DNA of 64,000 nt from Vicugna vicugna (taxonomy: Eukaryota). Below the pieces are notes generated by a model. It searched no databases. It saw nothing but the letters and a program-made list of their open reading frames with translations, and was not told the origin of the DNA. The position numbers and the translations under genes were made by a program. Shown here in pieces: positions 25,269-38,948 of the stretch (the first letter of the stretch is position 1; each line of letters begins with the position of its first letter). The stretch is taken from NCBI GenBank assembly GCA_013265495.1, contig MU058059.1, positions 3,077,502 to 3,141,501 on the forward strand, written 5' to 3'.

Positions 25269-27234
25269 TGCTAGCCACTTCAGACCTGTCTTTAGAACAT
25301 TCTGGGTCTAAACAATGCAAGCCTGTCCCGCTCACCCACACGTGTCAGGTTTCCAGGTTCTTGTCTCCAGTGTAGAGTCTGAGAACGAAGCCCACGGGAA
25401 CATAGTTAAGAGACTTCCTGTCACTGACTGGCCGGTGACCTCAGGCTAAGACCTGGCTCTCGCTGCTTTGTTCCTCCATCCGTGGGATGATGGTAGTAGG
25501 TCCCGCTCTGGATTTCCTAGAAGGTGTGAAGAGAACCAAAGGGCACGGGGTCCCCAGCAGCAGCAGGGCTGTGACGCCAGGGCTGCCAGGCGGGAGGCAC
25601 ACGGCCCCTCCAGGGATTTCTGTCCATTAAAGGCCATTTCATTTTCCCCCAACGGTTATAAAATGCTCTGTGCCAGACGCTGTGTCCAGTGCTTATGTGG
25701 CTTATCTCGTTTAATCCCCCAATAATTCTCTGCTGATAGCGCTATGACCATCCTCGTTTGAGAGGACTGAGTCTGTAAGGTTACCTAAGGTCACATCTCT
25801 TGTTCAGTAGACAAGACAGCTTTTAAACTGCACAAAGGTCACCGAGACTAGAAAAACAATGCTCAGCTGAGGCTTCCCAGACCAGGGGAAGCTGCTTCCC
25901 TCAACGGAAGGTGTGTTCGGTGAGTCTCCCTGAGCTTAAGGGGATGTAGGAGAAAAAGGAAAGGCTTTGCCCCGACAAGGTGGGCTCCTGAAGGGTGTCC
26001 TTTGCTCGTTTGAAGAGAGGGTAGTGAAGTCCCCTCTGGAGATGTTCATCACTCCGGCTTTTGGCACAAAAGTGCTTTTGTCAAGCAGGTCCAAGTGGGT
26101 TGTGCAATTAAGACTAGCAGGCTTGGGTCCCAGCCAAGAGCTCGTGAGCACCTGAAGGACTGGGGACGTTCTTCTGTGCAGAATGGAGGCGTCTGTCTCC
26201 AGGGCTGCAGAAGGGACATCCCTGTACCTGACCATCTTTGCTCCATGTCAGCTGTCTCCACATCGGCTTCCAGCCCCTCTCACACCCAAACAACCCGACA
26301 GGGAACTCAGACTGGTTTTCAAAAGCACATTTTGTCCATTTTTAACAGTGTCACGTCTTCACGGAGAACCTCATTTTTATCAGAGCTGCAGAAGTGACCA
26401 GCATCTTTGGCAGTGATTTCTTGTCCTTCTTCAGAGGCTCGTACGCTGCTCCCTGTCCTCCAAGAAACAACTCTTCAGTTGCTACAAATCATAGAAGCAC
26501 GCTGGTGCAAAAACCTCCATAAAAGTCTTCAGAGAAGATCTACATCTTGAGGCAGAATTTAGAAGAGAGGCAGGAGACTTGGCACGCAGCAGCGGAAGGC
26601 TTTTGTAAGGAGGCAGAAAGCTACAGACAGCAGATCAGAAACCCTGTGAGAAGCACGAGGGAGGGGCCCGGACCCGGGCTGCGGGGAGAAAAGCGGGCTT
26701 CCCGTGCCCCCTCATGCTGACCCATCAGCGCCTGTGGGCTGGAAGGGAAAACACACACAGCCAGGAGCATGTGGAAGGTGGAGTCTGCTGTGGGCAAAGG
26801 AGTCTGCTTTTAAGGTAGGTGATCTTAGAAGGGCCCCAAGTATCCAAGACAAAGAAGCACTGTTCAAAATAGAGTCCATTTTCTGTAAGCCACTTTGGAG
26901 ATTATCTGCAATGCTTACTCTTATAATTATTATTATTTTAATCCCAGAAAAAAAGGACATGTCCTCAAAATATGTAAATGTTACACACAAACAAAAATGG
27001 AGAATGAAATTGGGGTGCAACGCTCGGTCTACCGTGCCCTACCCATCTCTGCCCCACCCCGTCCTCTCCATAATGGAGGCGTTCATGGAGAGACCCCACC
27101 TCCCGCTCTCCCTCCTCTCTCCTCCCCGGACCAAAGAAGACCAAGGACTTGACACTGTGGAATCTGAGTTTCTAACTGAAGCTGGCCAGCTTTTGCTGCT
27201 CCCACGACCTAGAACCTGGCCCTCTGGGGGCTGT

Positions 27235-27500
27235 TTCTTTTTCGGTGACAGCCAGGCGGTACCTCAGCCAGTGACAATGTGCGACCCTGCAGTTCAGTTC
27301 TGCCGTAACACCGGGATCAGCTCGGACCCCACAGGGGAGGGCACAATCTCCATCAAGGGTCCCCACTTCAGAGGCTGGCTGCAGGTTTGGGGGTCCCCAG
27401 GCCACCTGCACTTCTAACCAGCTGGTTACTAATCTGGGGTTCCTTTGACACCCTCAGGTTCAGTGATTTCACTAGAGTGATTCACAGAAATCAGGAACTG
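27235..27500 (+). mobile_element. MER21-like LTR fragment
   Basis: 'tcagttctg..ac..cagctcggaccccacag..ccccacttcaga..ggggtccccaggccacctgcacttctaaccagctgg..aatctggggttcc'. Confidence 0.65.
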
Positions 27501-27534
27501 GACAGTACTGGACACGTGCTTCATGGCAGTGACA

Positions 27535-27895
27535 ACTGACATTTAATGAGGGCTTTCCAGGTGCCAGGCTCTGTGCTGAGCACTTGATGTAGCTCTCATT
27601 GGATCCTCCAAACAATCCTGTGTGCCAGATGCAGTATCACCCCATTTTACACACGATAGACTGAGGCACAGAGAGGGGAAGTAACCAGCTCAAATTCTCA
27701 CAGCAGGATAAGACAGATTAAGCATATTGCACAGCACAGGGAATTAGAGCCATGATCCTGTAACAACTTTTAATGAAGTATAATCAGAAAAGATGCTGGA
27801 ACACCATGCTGTTCACTTGAAACATGTAACACTGTAGGTCAACCATATGTAAATTGAAAAAAATTCACACAGCTGGTGAGTGGCAGAGCAAGCTC
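27535..27895 (-). mobile_element. MIR with a short plus-strand L1 3' fragment inserted at about 27715-27865
   Basis: MIR 'gtgccaggctctgtgctgagcact..ccccattttac..actgaggcacagagag..agtaac', resuming at 'cacacagctggtgagtggcagagc'. Confidence 0.65.
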
Positions 27896-28119
27896 TGAAC
27901 TCATACTTTCACGTGTTATGCTATGTCGTTCCAGAGCTGCCTGGGGAAAGGGAGAAACCAAGAAGGTGGCCATCTTTGCTACAGAAAAACAACTCAGATG
28001 CAACTCAAGGACCCAGACTTACTTCGCACTCTCAGGGTAAAGACAATCTAGGTTTTGCCCTTGAAAGAACTGAGTCTTTAGAGTCAGAGGGCTGTTTTAA
28101 ATCTCAGTTCTACCAGTTA

Positions 28120-28472
28120 CAGTCAGCCCTCTGTATCCATGGGTGGGTTCCAAATCTGCAGATTCAACCAACCTTGGATGGAAAATATTTAGAAAAAAAA
28201 ATTCCAGAAAGTTCCAAAAGGCAAAATTTAATTTATTATGCCCTGGCAACTATTTACAAAGCATTTATGTTGTATTTATAAGTATTCACATAGGATTTAC
28301 ACTATATTAGGTATTATAAGTAATCTAGAGATAATTTAAAATATACAAAAGGATGTGCATAGGTTATATGCAAATACGACCCCATTTTACACAAGGGACT
28401 TGAGCATCCTTGGATTTTGGTATCTGAGAGGTGCATTAGAACCAATTCCCCACAGATACTGAAGGATGACAG
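28120..28472 (+). mobile_element. Tigger3/MER2-like TcMar-Tigger element
   Basis: TIR-like ends 'cagtcagccctctgtatcc' and 'cagatactgaaggatgacag'; internal 'taggtattataagtaatctagagat', 'gggacttgagcatcc'. Confidence 0.8.
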
Positions 28473-28877
28473 CAGCTGGTTGAGTGATGTTGGAGGACAA
28501 AAGCACCAATACTCTGATCTGCAATATCTCCATCGAATGAGTGGAGATTCTAATGGCACCTACTGCACAAGCTTGGCCTAAAAATAAAGAAGATCACTTA
28601 TTTGAAAGTGGAAAACATGATACCAGCATAAGGCTTTTTCTTCTTTTTTCTTTTCCACTTAGTCTGACCCTGGTCTTTCACCCTCAGAAGTTGTCTTCTG
28701 TCCACCTTATCTATTCATTCCTCACACCTCACGTGATGCCCTCAAGCCTCTCTGGCTGCCTTAGATTACATTTTTGTTACCTTAGCTCAACTACTTTTAC
28801 ACTGTTCATGTGGACTACTGCTTCAGAGGCTGCAGAGAGCACCAGCTTCAAAAAGCATTTATTAAGCACCAACTGTT

Positions 28878-30573
28878 TGATTGGAAGAATTAATATTGTT
28901 AAAATGGCTACACCACCCAAAGCAATCTACCGATTTAATGTGATCCCTGTCAGATTACCCAGGACAATTTTCACAGAACTAGAACAAATACTCCTAAAAT
29001 TTATTCGGAAACATAAAACACCTAGAATTACCAAAGCAATCCTGAGGCAAAAGAACAAAGCTGGAGGCATAACCCTCCCAGACAATACTACAGAGCTGCA
29101 GTAATCAAAACAGCATGGTATTGGCACAAAAAGGACACATGGATCAATGGAACAGAATAGAGAGCCCAGAAATAAACCCACACAACTACAATAAATTAAT
29201 CTTCAACAAAGGAGGCAGGAATATACAGTGGAGAAAAGACAGTCTCTTTAGCAAGTGGTGTAGGGAAAGTTGGACAGCTGCATGTAAATCAATGAAGCTA
29301 CAGAACACTCCCTCACACTATACACAAATATAAACTCAAAATGGCTTAAAGACTTAAACATAAGACAAGAAACCATAAATCTCCTGGAAGAGAACATAGG
29401 CAAAACATTCTCTGACATAAATCACAGTTTTCCTAGGTCAGTCTCCTAAGGCAATAGAAATAAAAGCAATATAAACCAATGGGCCTAATCAAACTTACAC
29501 AAGCTTTTGCACAGCAAAGGAAACCACAAACAAAACAAAAAGACAACCTACAGACTAGGAGAAAATATCTGCAAATAATGCAACTGACAAGGACTTAATT
29601 TTCAGAGTATACAAAGAGCTCGTACAATTCAATATCAAAAACTGAAAAAAACCAATAAAGAGGGGCAGAAGGTCTGAATAGACATTTCTCCAAAGAAGAC
29701 ATACAGATGGCCAACAGGCACGTGAAAAAATGCTCAATATCACTAATTATCAGAGAAATGTAAATCAAAACTACAATGAGGTATCACCTAACACCAGTCA
29801 GAATGGCCATCATTTAAAAGTCCACAATCAAAAAATGCTGGAGAGGGTGTGGAGAAAAAAGGAACCTTCCTGTACTGCTGGTGGGAATGTAAACTGGTGC
29901 AGCCACTATGGAAAACAGTAAGGGGGTTCCTCACAAAACTGGAAATAGAGTTATCATATGATCCAGCAATCCTACTCTCAGGCATATATTTGGAGAAAAC
30001 TCTAATTTGATACATGCATCCCAATATTCATAGCAGCACTATTTACAATCACTAAGACAACGAAGCAACTTAAATGTCCATCGACAGATGACTGGATAAA
30101 GAAGTTGTGAGATACACACATGTGCACAATGGAATACTATTCAGCCATAAAAAAGAATAAAATAATGCCATATGCAGCCACATGGATGGACATAGAGATC
30201 GTCATACTAAGTGAAGTCATACAGAGAAAGACAAATATCATATGATACCATTTATATTGGAATCTAAAAAATGATATAAATGAACTTATTTACAAAACAG
30301 AAACAGACTCACAGATGTAGAAAACAAAACTTAAGGTTACCAAAGGAGGAAAGGGGGGAGGGATAAATTGGGAACTTGGTTAGCAGATATAACCTACTAT
30401 ATATAAAATAAACAAGGTCCTACTGTATAGCACAGGGAACTATACTCAATATCTTGTAATAACTGATAATGAAAAAGAATATGTGTATATGTATAACTGA
30501 ATCACTATGCTGTACGCCAGAAACTAACACAACATTGTAAATCAACTAGACTTCAATTTCAAAATAAATAAAT
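28878..30573 (+). mobile_element. 5'-truncated LINE-1 with 18-bp TSD
   Basis: ORF2 peptides [17 protein letters not shown] and [14 protein letters not shown]; complete 3'UTR; TSD aagcatttatYaagcacc at 28853-28870 and 30574-30591. Confidence 0.96.
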
Positions 30574-32194
30574 AAGCATTTATCAAGCACCTAATTACAC
30601 GTGGCACTGCACTTGTCACATGGCCGACACCTGGGCAGCACCGTGGGAAAGGCCAGGAGCACAGCCTCAGAAGAGCTGGTCCTAGTCCCAGGTCTGCCTC
30701 TTCCTAGCTTACCTTAAAAAAGACACTTAGCCTCCCGGAGCCCAGACTACTTGTTTGTAAAATATCACCAGCAACTATGCCTGTCTCGCCAACCTCGCAG
30801 TCTGGTGGGAGATCACAGGAGAGGATGTATGTGGAGTCTCTGGAAGCGACAAACCTCTCTGTGCACAGGGGGCGTCGTTATGTAAGACAGAGTTGAAGCA
30901 GACAGAGCATCCCACATACAGAGATCTAGGACAGCTCTAGAAGAATCCACACAGAAACAGATGGAAAAACGGCACAAGACTTGCACACAAAGAACCACAT
31001 GTTCACATCAGAGTCAGGCTTGCCAGCTTCCCGACTTGATTTCCAGCTGCCCTGCCCCAGAGGTGCTCAGGCCAAGCCCACCCAGAGAGCTCAGACTTCA
31101 AGGCACAGGCAGAACTGGGGGAACCTCCACGAAAGTCAAGGGCCTGCTGAGCCTCTGGACTGCACAGGGCAGGAGAAACAGCTCGCACTGGAGACAGGAG
31201 CCACAGCCTGGGAGCAGAAACAATAAGGAACCAATCGCTCATGTTTAGTCGAAAACAGAAACAATTTATCCATGGCCCCAACTGTCTCCCGTCCAGTTTA
31301 TGCCTTAGGACATCTGTCTGCTGCAGGCTGGCATGGGTTTAATTCCAATAGCTACCCAGGCTCCATGTTAACGTGTTTGTTGTTTTTTACTGGCTGTTTG
31401 TTTCTCACAAGTCTCATAGGGAACTAATCAATTGAGCATTTGCATGGCAATACACTTCTACTTACTTGTGTAACAAATGCTATAAATCCATTTTAATTGC
31501 CTGGGAGGGAGGGAGGTTTACAAGGGGATGCCAACCCCTGGTGAGTTGAGACATCCCTGAGTCTTAAACAGAGGGACAGCTTCAGAGGAGAAATAAAGAC
31601 GTCATCTGGAAACGGCCTTGGCATCAAAAGGCCTGGATTTTATTCCACGTCCTACCACTAATGTGCTTTGTGGCATCAAACAAGCCTGCTTCAGATTCAG
31701 TTCGTTTTTTCATTTGTAACCTGAAGACGCTGGACTAGATTCTATCAAAGGTTCATTTCTACACAGTGTGTGATTCAATCATGGTTTCTGGTTCTTCTGC
31801 AAAAAAAGCTACTTACGAAGCACATCAAAAGTGGTTTTAAGGGGGGGGGGATGTGTGTCCTACTGAGAAATACGGCGAATTTTCACCAGAATAAGAACCA
31901 TCATCATTATTGTTACTGCCACCATCCCTGTCGCTTACTGTTTACTGTGGGCGGGCCTCTGCCCTGGAGTGAGTTGCTCACCATTTTATTCAAAGCCTCT
32001 CAACATTTCTTAGTGCTTCACAAGATCCATTCAAAACAGAGAGACTTATGTTCCCGGGAGAGAGGATGGGACAATTATGGATTACGTGACTAAAAGCTAC
32101 CACTTATCAGTGGTCTCCTTCCTGCCAGGTGCTTGACGTACCTTTTTTCCAATCCTCACGACAACCTTACAAAGGAGGTGGATGAGTCCTGAGT

Positions 32195-32745
32195 TCATTT
32201 GCTTGCCGATCAAAGCGCCACAAACTTAGCAGCTTAACTCGACATGTTTCCGTGGGCCAGGGGTGCAGCCTGGCTCTGCTCAGACTCTCACAGGCTGCAG
32301 ACAAGGAGTCAGTCAGGCTGTGATCTTCTCCATCGACGCTGTATTCGAAGCCCACTGCCTGTGGCCTCAGAAATGAGGGCCCAAGTTCTCTGTGGTCATA
32401 GCACTGAGATCCCTGCTGTCCTGCTGGCTGTCACCTGGGTCTTCACAACAGGGCAGTTTACTTCCTCAGGGCCATTAGGAGACTCTTTCTGGCTTCTGGC
32501 TTCTGTCTCTGACCTCTGGATCCTCTTCTCAAGGGCTTGCCTGATTTGGTCAGGCCCACCCTGGAACTAGTTTGGTTCCTTGATTACTTCTGCAGACCCC
32601 CCTACCTTTGCCATTCATGGTGAGATAGTCATGGGTCTGATAGCCCACCACATCCACAGGCCCCATCACACTCGGGAGGGGATTACCCAGGACGTGGGCC
32701 CCAGGGGTGGGACTCTTCCAGGGCCATCCTAGAACTCGGCCACAA
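32195..32745 (-). mobile_element. MaLR LTR (MLT1E/F-like)
   Basis: 'ccacaaacttagcagcttaa', 'tgatttggtcaggcccacc', 'gattacttctgcagacccc', 'gggccatcctagaactcggc'. Confidence 0.7.
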
Positions 32746-34149
32746 GTCCCGTCTTAGATGTCCGAGGTGCTGGCTGGACTCCATGGGGAGTCAGAAGCCA
32801 AGCTGAACTTGTACTTCAGAGTCCTGAGGCCAAGCCCTCCTTACATATCACACCCCTGTTCTAACAGCAGACTCCATGTCCTCCAAATATGCCTTTTGCT
32901 GAAGTCATCCCGGGCACCTGCAGTTCATAAAATACTTTACTACCCGTAAACTTCACTGTGATTGATTCAAGTTCAACATTTCCCCTGGAATGTCAATCAA
33001 CTCCAGGCGGAGCTGTCAAACCCAATTGCTCAGAAACCAGCTGATACAGACTATTCATAAAGCCATGTGGAACAAGGGAGCTGTGAAGCTCACTTGATGT
33101 CTTTCCTCTCTCCTCTCCTCCGCCACCCACTGTCCTTGTCCTGGTGTCCCCGTCCCACCAGCGCTCGGGAAGCTTCTGTACTCGGCTAGTCTGCGTCCCG
33201 GTGGTCGTAATTCTGTGCCTTTTGTGTGCTTCTGTCGCCACCTAGCCGTCGCGGGGAGAACCGCTCCTCTCTGGGCTAACCTCCCTCCTTCCACATCCAT
33301 GCCCTCTCCCACCTACAGGTGTACCTTTAGACCCAGGAGTCCACAGTCCTCTCGACAACAAACACGTGTGTGCTGTCTTTTTTCAGTAGGAATCTTCTTT
33401 GGTACTTGTGTCCAAGGCCTAACCATTTAAAAGGAAGTATAAAAAAGTCGTAGCACAGAGAACTGGCATCACTTGAGTCATCTCAGCCCCCAGATGGGAT
33501 GCGTCACTCCTTTAGAAGCTCTCTGCTGGTAAGAACCGTGCCTTGTTTCTCTCCGAGTCCCGGACGCCACCAAGAACATTCCACGTGCCCATGTCCGGTC
33601 CGCCTGGTCGGAAGCTGTCTCCTCCCTGAAACTGGCAAGTTTCTGCTCATTCTGCAATTACCGCGTGCCAGGAGCTTGGTGAGCATGCCTCGTGTGATCC
33701 TCGTGACAATCCTCGTGACAATTATTTCCGTCTTACAGTCGAGGGAAGTGAGGCAGAGTGAGGTCCCAAAGCTGGGCCCCTCCCCCGACCTAGGACTCTT
33801 CCTCAACACTCAGTCCCTCTACTGCTCCTCCGCCAGCGTTTGTCTGTCTTCCTCCTGCCATTTTTCCATTCCCCTCCCCTGCCTTTAGCTTACATTCCTC
33901 TTTCTCTGAACCTGAAACTCAAGCCCCCTGGGACATCGTCCTCTGCGGTGTATGTGCAGAAGCTCATGTGTGGGGTCCTCGGGACCGCAGTGTGCACTCA
34001 CTCACCCACCTGTGAAACTGCAACAGCTCCCGGTACCGAAAGGTTGTTGCTTCCGAAGGAGAGGTGCTGACAGTGTGAAAGCAGGCCTGGCTGGGAACAG
34101 CGAGCCTTGGTTTAATTTTTCTTTTTTTTTTCGGTAAACTGATCAGCAA

Positions 34150-35165
34150 GTGAGAGCAAAGACGTCAGTCTGGGCGCTTCAGCCTTGGGCAGGCTGAGTA
34201 GAGGCATCAAAGAAAATAGGTCTCAAAGCCGGGAGTCTGTCTGGGTAATGACCACAGGGTCCCCCAGAGGCCGGCCTGGGAGGTCCCCGATCGGAATCCC
34301 TGCGGCGCGGAGGTGGGCTCCCCGGAGGAGGCGGAGGGAGGAGGCGGAGGAAGGAGGCGTCCTTCGGTGCAGGGCTCAGAAAGAAAGAACGCTGGGCTGC
34401 AGGTTGTTCGAGGGAGCGTGGGATAAGGCAGTGAGCAAAAGCAGGATGGGAGTGAGTAGAAAGGGGAAGAAAGGAAAAGGAAGTGATAACAGGTGTGCGC
34501 AAAGGTTGGCGTCATGACACTGAACAACAATGCGGGGTGGACGCAGGCCAGTCAGCCAGGTATGGAGTCCTCAGGGCCCTGCGATGTCAGCGTGACCCCT
34601 TGGCCCTGGAGGCCCAGGTATGTCCTGGAGACATGCATGCACGCGGCCCCCGGGGGGCGGACCCTGGCTGTGCACCTGCAAGGAGCAGTGCAGTCTTTAA
34701 CCAAACACCGCTCTCATCGAGTCTGTGCTGACTGAATATCTACCCTGGGACTAGGAGGGAGGGAAGAAAAACGTGAATGTCTGGCACCATCAAGGGGCAA
34801 AGGGGAGCTGAAAACCTGGCAGGTCAGATCGAGCTGCCCGCCGCCCGGTTCTGGTGGTGTGGCGGCCCCCGTGGTCGTAGCTGCGACCCTCCCCGCCCGC
34901 GGAAGCAGTCCTGGCAGGAGCCCCCGACCAGCTGGCTGAGCAGCAGCCGGACTTCCAAGGCCAGGAACCAGCTGGTCAGCTGGGCCAAAGCCCAGTGACG
35001 AGCCTGGCGGGCTGGTCTTGGCGGCCTCCCGCGCCTCCCCCGCTCCGTGCCCGGCCCACACAGGCGGCTCACCTCCAGCCGCCTGAGTCAGACACAAAAC
35101 CCCGGCCAGCTAACGAGGAGCCGCCGCGCCCCTGCCTCGGGGCTTCACGAAATGTGCACTTCTCA
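34150..35165. promoter_or_regulatory. CpG-rich regulatory region (enhancer or alternative promoter)
   Basis: Elevated CpG; CRE-like GACGTCA at 34161-34167; three CAGCTG E-boxes (34929, 34969, 34977); ETS cores; AP-1 TGAGTCA at 35084-35090; minus-strand donor GAG|GTGAGC at 35073/35072. Confidence 0.6.
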
Positions 35166-36344
35166 TCATAGGCCCGCCCTGGGATTTCTATTTCGAGACC
35201 CAGAATTTCTGACTTTCCAAGAAGGAACCCAGCACCCAGGGTTGTGAAAAAAAATCACAGACATTAACGTTTTCAGAGTCTGCTTCTCCCGGTGGACAAG
35301 TTCCAAAAACTCACCTGCCCAGAGTCCCGTGCCTATGTTAAGACCACACTGTCCCCCTGCGTCTTGAGGACGTTTGGGGCTGTTTCTAATTACTCCCTGC
35401 ACTTGGGGGAATTCAGTTTTGCTTTGGGTGATTGGAAACTATTTCCGTCTTCCCATATGTATTTGGTTATCACTAATTGGAGAAAGTTATTTTTAGTATT
35501 TCTTCTTCTTTCCAGCTTTGTAGATCTGCCCTATTTAGGGGGGAAAAATCTAGAAAAGAGTAGTTTGGGGGATTTTTTTTTTTAGAGGAATACCAGAGAT
35601 GCTTTTAAAGGTCTACAAGCAAACTTTTCATGTTCAGTGGGGAAGTCAGTAAGAGGAACAGGGAAGGCAACGCCTGGATTTTATTCCACACACCTGTGCT
35701 GGCACAGCAAGGCAGCCAGGGGTCCTTTCATCCTTCAAGACTCCGGTCAGTGTCAACTCCTCCAAGGGGCCTCCTGTATCTCCCCTGTTCTCCTCCTGCT
35801 CCAGGCAGACCCATGGTCCTCAAATTCAACAACCACACAAGCCCTGTACCTTGCTATGTTTTCAGATACTACCTGCACCCCCAGAGAATTCTGCCAAGTT
35901 TAGGCATCTTTTAAAAAATATGGAGAATTCAAATCTGATTTAAAATCTGTTTTACTTAATCTCTCCCAAAGCAACTTCTACTAATTAGTAATCTGATAAG
36001 CAATTTTAGAAGTATTTCAGTACTTAAATTATTTTAATAACCCCAGCACACAGCTATTTGTTTAATGCTATCAAAGTTAAATGGTATTTTTTATCACTTG
36101 GTTTAATATTTTGTTTTTAACTATCACTTACCAAAAATAATTTTTTAAAAAGCAATTGTTGAACCACATAGAAAAATGAAACTTTTACTATTTTGATTAG
36201 GGTAGACCTGTCAGTAGTACTCAAAAGCTGGTTACTATGGAAGCACCTTAATTTTTTCAGTTCTTCATTATGCCGAGTCTTAGAATTAGGAACTCTTTCA
36301 AATATGTGAGAACTTTAGAAAAATTTAACTGAAAATGAATTAAC

Positions 36345-37900
36345 CCAGCACACACATATTAGAATGGCCCAAACCCAGAACACAGACAACTTCAAGTGCT
36401 GGCAAGGATGTGGGGCCACAGGGACTCACACCCAGTGCTGGTGGGAATGCAAAGTGGGGCGGCCGCTTTGAAAGACAGCTTGGCAGCTTCTTACAAAACT
36501 ATACATCCTCTTACCATGTGATCCAACACTTGTGCTCCTTGGGATACTTACCGAAATAAGTTGAAAGTTTATGTTCACACAAAAACCTGCACGCAGATGT
36601 TTACAGCAACTTCATTCATAATTGTCAAAACTTGGAAGCCAGAATCAACCCAAGTGTCCATCAACAGATGCCCGGATAAAGAAGATGTGATATATATATA
36701 TATCTCTATGTGATATATACATCCATATATATCTTCCATTGTGTGTATATATATACACACACTGTGTATGTATATACACACTATATATACATACATTGTG
36801 TGTGTATATATGTGTGTATATATATACAATGTAAGTATATACACAATGGGTACACACACACACAATGGAATATTACTCAGCCATAAAAAAGAATGAAACA
36901 ATGCCATTTGCAGCAACATGGATGAAACTGGAGATTGTCATACAAAGTGAAGTAAGCCAGAACAGGAGAGGAAAAATACCATATAATATCACTTATGTGG
37001 AATCTAAAATAATGACACAAATGAACATATTTACAAAATAGAAACAGACTCACAGACATAGAAAACAAACTTATGGTTATCAAAGGGGAAAGGAGGGAAG
37101 GGATATATCAGGAGTTTGGGATTAGCAGGTAAAAACTACTATATATAAAATAAACAACAAGGTCCTACTGTATAGCACAGGAAACTATATTCAATATCTT
37201 GTAACAAACTATAATGAAAACGTATGTGAAAAAAATATATATATAACTGAAGCACTATGCTGTACCCAAGAAACTAACACAACATTGTAAATCAACTATA
37301 CTTTAGTTAAAAAAAAAACTTGGAAGCCACCAAAATGTCCTTCCGTACATGGATGGATAAATGAACTGTGGTCCATCCAAACAACAGAATATTATTCAGC
37401 ATTAAAAATAAATGAGCTATCCAGCCATAAAGAGACATGGAGGAAACTGAAATGCATACTACCAAGTGAAAGAAACCAATCCGAAAAGACTATGATTCCA
37501 ACTATATGACACTCAGGAAAAAGCAAAACTATGGAGACAATAAAAAAAACCAGTAATTGCCAGAGGATGAGGAGGAGAGAGGTATAAACAGAACACAGAG
37601 GATTTTTAGGGCAGTGCGACTTTTCTCGTAATGTAGACATGTCATTATACACGTAACTAAACTCATAGAATATACAATACCAAGAGTGAACCCTAATGTA
37701 AACTAGCGACTTTGGGTGATAATGATGTCAGTGCAGGTTCACTGATTCTAACAAACGTACCGCTCTGGTGTGGGAAGTTGTTAGCGGGGAGGCTGTGTGT
37801 ATGTGGGGGCAGGGAGTGTATAGGAAATCTCTGTATCTTCTGCTCAGTTTTGCTATGAACCTAAAACTGCTCTTCAGAATAAATTCTATTAAAAAACTTA
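36345..37900 (+). mobile_element. Old L1 (L1MB/MC-like) 3' end interrupted by a younger L1
   Basis: 'gctggcaaggatgtgg..gctggtgggaatgcaaa' continues after the insert as 'caaaatgtccttc..ccaagagtgaaccctaatgtaaact..aacctaaaactgctct'. Confidence 0.88.
36642..37314 (+). mobile_element. Younger 5'-truncated L1 with 15-bp TSD and an internal (TA/CA) microsatellite
   Basis: TSD aaaacttggaagcca at 36627-36641 and 37315-37329; L1 3'UTR; compound repeat at about 36687-36862. Confidence 0.92.
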
Positions 37901-38589
37901 AAAAATAATTAACTACCTCTGGTTAAGAGTTTGTAGAAAATTAAGCTTAAAAAAATAACTGTAATTGCATTTTGATTATTGCTGTCTTCCCAGTCTCATT
38001 CATTCTGCTTTACAGCTAAGAAGTTACCCTGGGGAAGGAGAGGGAAAGTTCTTATTTTCACACAGTGGGGAGATTTCCTAGTATTACGTCTGTCCTGCCT
38101 CGGTTGCAGAGAGTTGACATGGCCAAGTGCATGCTCTTCCTGAGGGACCCAGACCCACTGAGCGACGGTGGGAGCCCACGGGCCGTTCCAGCGCACCCTG
38201 GGACTGCTCTACTGGGCCATTTCTGCTGCAGAGTTTTCTATGACGTTATTGTCGCTAGTCTACATTGCAGTCTGACCCGTCCCTCGAAGAAATGCTACTT
38301 CCTTCACCTCCTTTCCAGATTTTGGTTTTTAATAAATACCCTACACACTAAACTCCATCTCAGCACCTGGTTCTGGAAAACCCAGCCTGTTAACATCTTA
38401 GAACGTAATTGCTTAATTAATAATTGACATAATATGTACCTTTACATAGAAGTACATTATTCTTCAAAATAGTGTGTTTTATTTTTATCACAGGGGAAAC
38501 TGGTTCTTTTATAGAATGACTACTGGAATGAAAGATTCAAAAGTTGAGTGCCAAAAAAAGCTGAGTCTCAAAAAACACAGATTTTTTTT

Positions 38590-38948
38590 TACCATATAAT
38601 ATCATTTATATGTTGAATCTAAAAAGAAAGACACAAATGAACTTATTTATTAAACAGAAATAGACTCACAGACATAGAGAACAAACTTATGGTTACCCCA
38701 GGGAAAGGGAGTGGGAAGGGATAAATTGGGAGTCTGAGATTTGCAGATACTAACTAGTATATATAAAATAGATAAACAACAAATTTCTTCTATAGAGCAC
38801 AGGGAACTGTACTTAATACTTTGTAGTAACCTATAACGGAAAAGAATATGAAAAGGAAAATATGTATGTATATGCATGACTAAAACATGATGCTGTGCAC
38901 CAGAAATTGACAACATTGTAAACTGACTATACTTCAATAAAAAATAAA
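38590..38948 (+). mobile_element. Young L1 3'UTR fragment
   Basis: 'acacaaatgaacttattta..aaacagaaatagactcacagacatag..aacattgtaaactgactatacttcaataaaaaa'. Confidence 0.9.

Noticed and set aside
26704..27417. 237-aa ORF
   Set aside because: It runs through low-complexity sequence and a MER21-like LTR; no protein signature.
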